DNA of 64,000 nucleotides, from the NCBI GenBank assembly GCA_951406725.2, contig OX597842.1, forward strand, positions 2,914,001 through 2,978,000, read 5' to 3'. The notes below the pieces were generated by a model. It saw only the letters and a list, made by a program, of their open reading frames with translations, did no database searches and was not told the DNA's origin. The DNA is from Octopus vulgaris. Lineage: Eukaryota. The translations under genes and the position numbers were made by a program. Below are positions 63,820 through 64,000 of the stretch, piece by piece (the stretch's first letter is position 1; each line of letters begins with the position of its first letter).

Positions 63820-64000
63820 ATTTTGTAAAGCCTGGTACTTATTCTATCAGTCTCTTTTGCCAAACTGGTAAGTTACAGAGATGTAAACAAACCAACATCA
63901 GTTGTCAAGTGTGATGGAAGACAAACACAGACACAAACATACACATACACGCACAGAGATATATCTATCAATTTCACACAAGCTGGGAGGTTGCACAGAT

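Overview
This is a eukaryotic, AT-rich, gene-free window. The repeat repertoire suggests an octopus/cephalopod genome (inference). It consists almost entirely of microsatellites ((TA)n, (CA)n, (CATA)n, (GGT)n, CT/GA tracts) and transposon debris. Essentially all long ORFs in the track are microsatellite or SINE artefacts. Recognisable elements are at least four tRNA-headed SINE families, RTE-clade LINE fragments with their (GAT)n-tailed 3' UTR, an R4/Dong-like restriction-like-endonuclease LINE fragment, mariner and hAT remnants, a probable Helitron-type element, and a Neptune-type Penelope (PLE) GIY-YIG fragment. The main hidden signal is a population of more than 10 minimal type-I hammerhead ribozyme motifs (stem I-CUGANGA-stem II-GAAAC-palindrome-GUH-stem I'). 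They lie in short, sequence-diverse insertions that are mostly in or beside (TA)n runs. Many have the PLE 'inverted arm plus 3' extension' architecture, and one arm starts exactly at the predicted cleavage site. One insertion (7787-8172) joins a tRNA/Pol III head to a hammerhead-like PLE-type tail, making it a candidate Penelope-mobilised SINE. There is also a young array of about 15 x 136-bp SINE tRNA heads (52553-54610). All coordinates were read by eye; no searches or folding were run.
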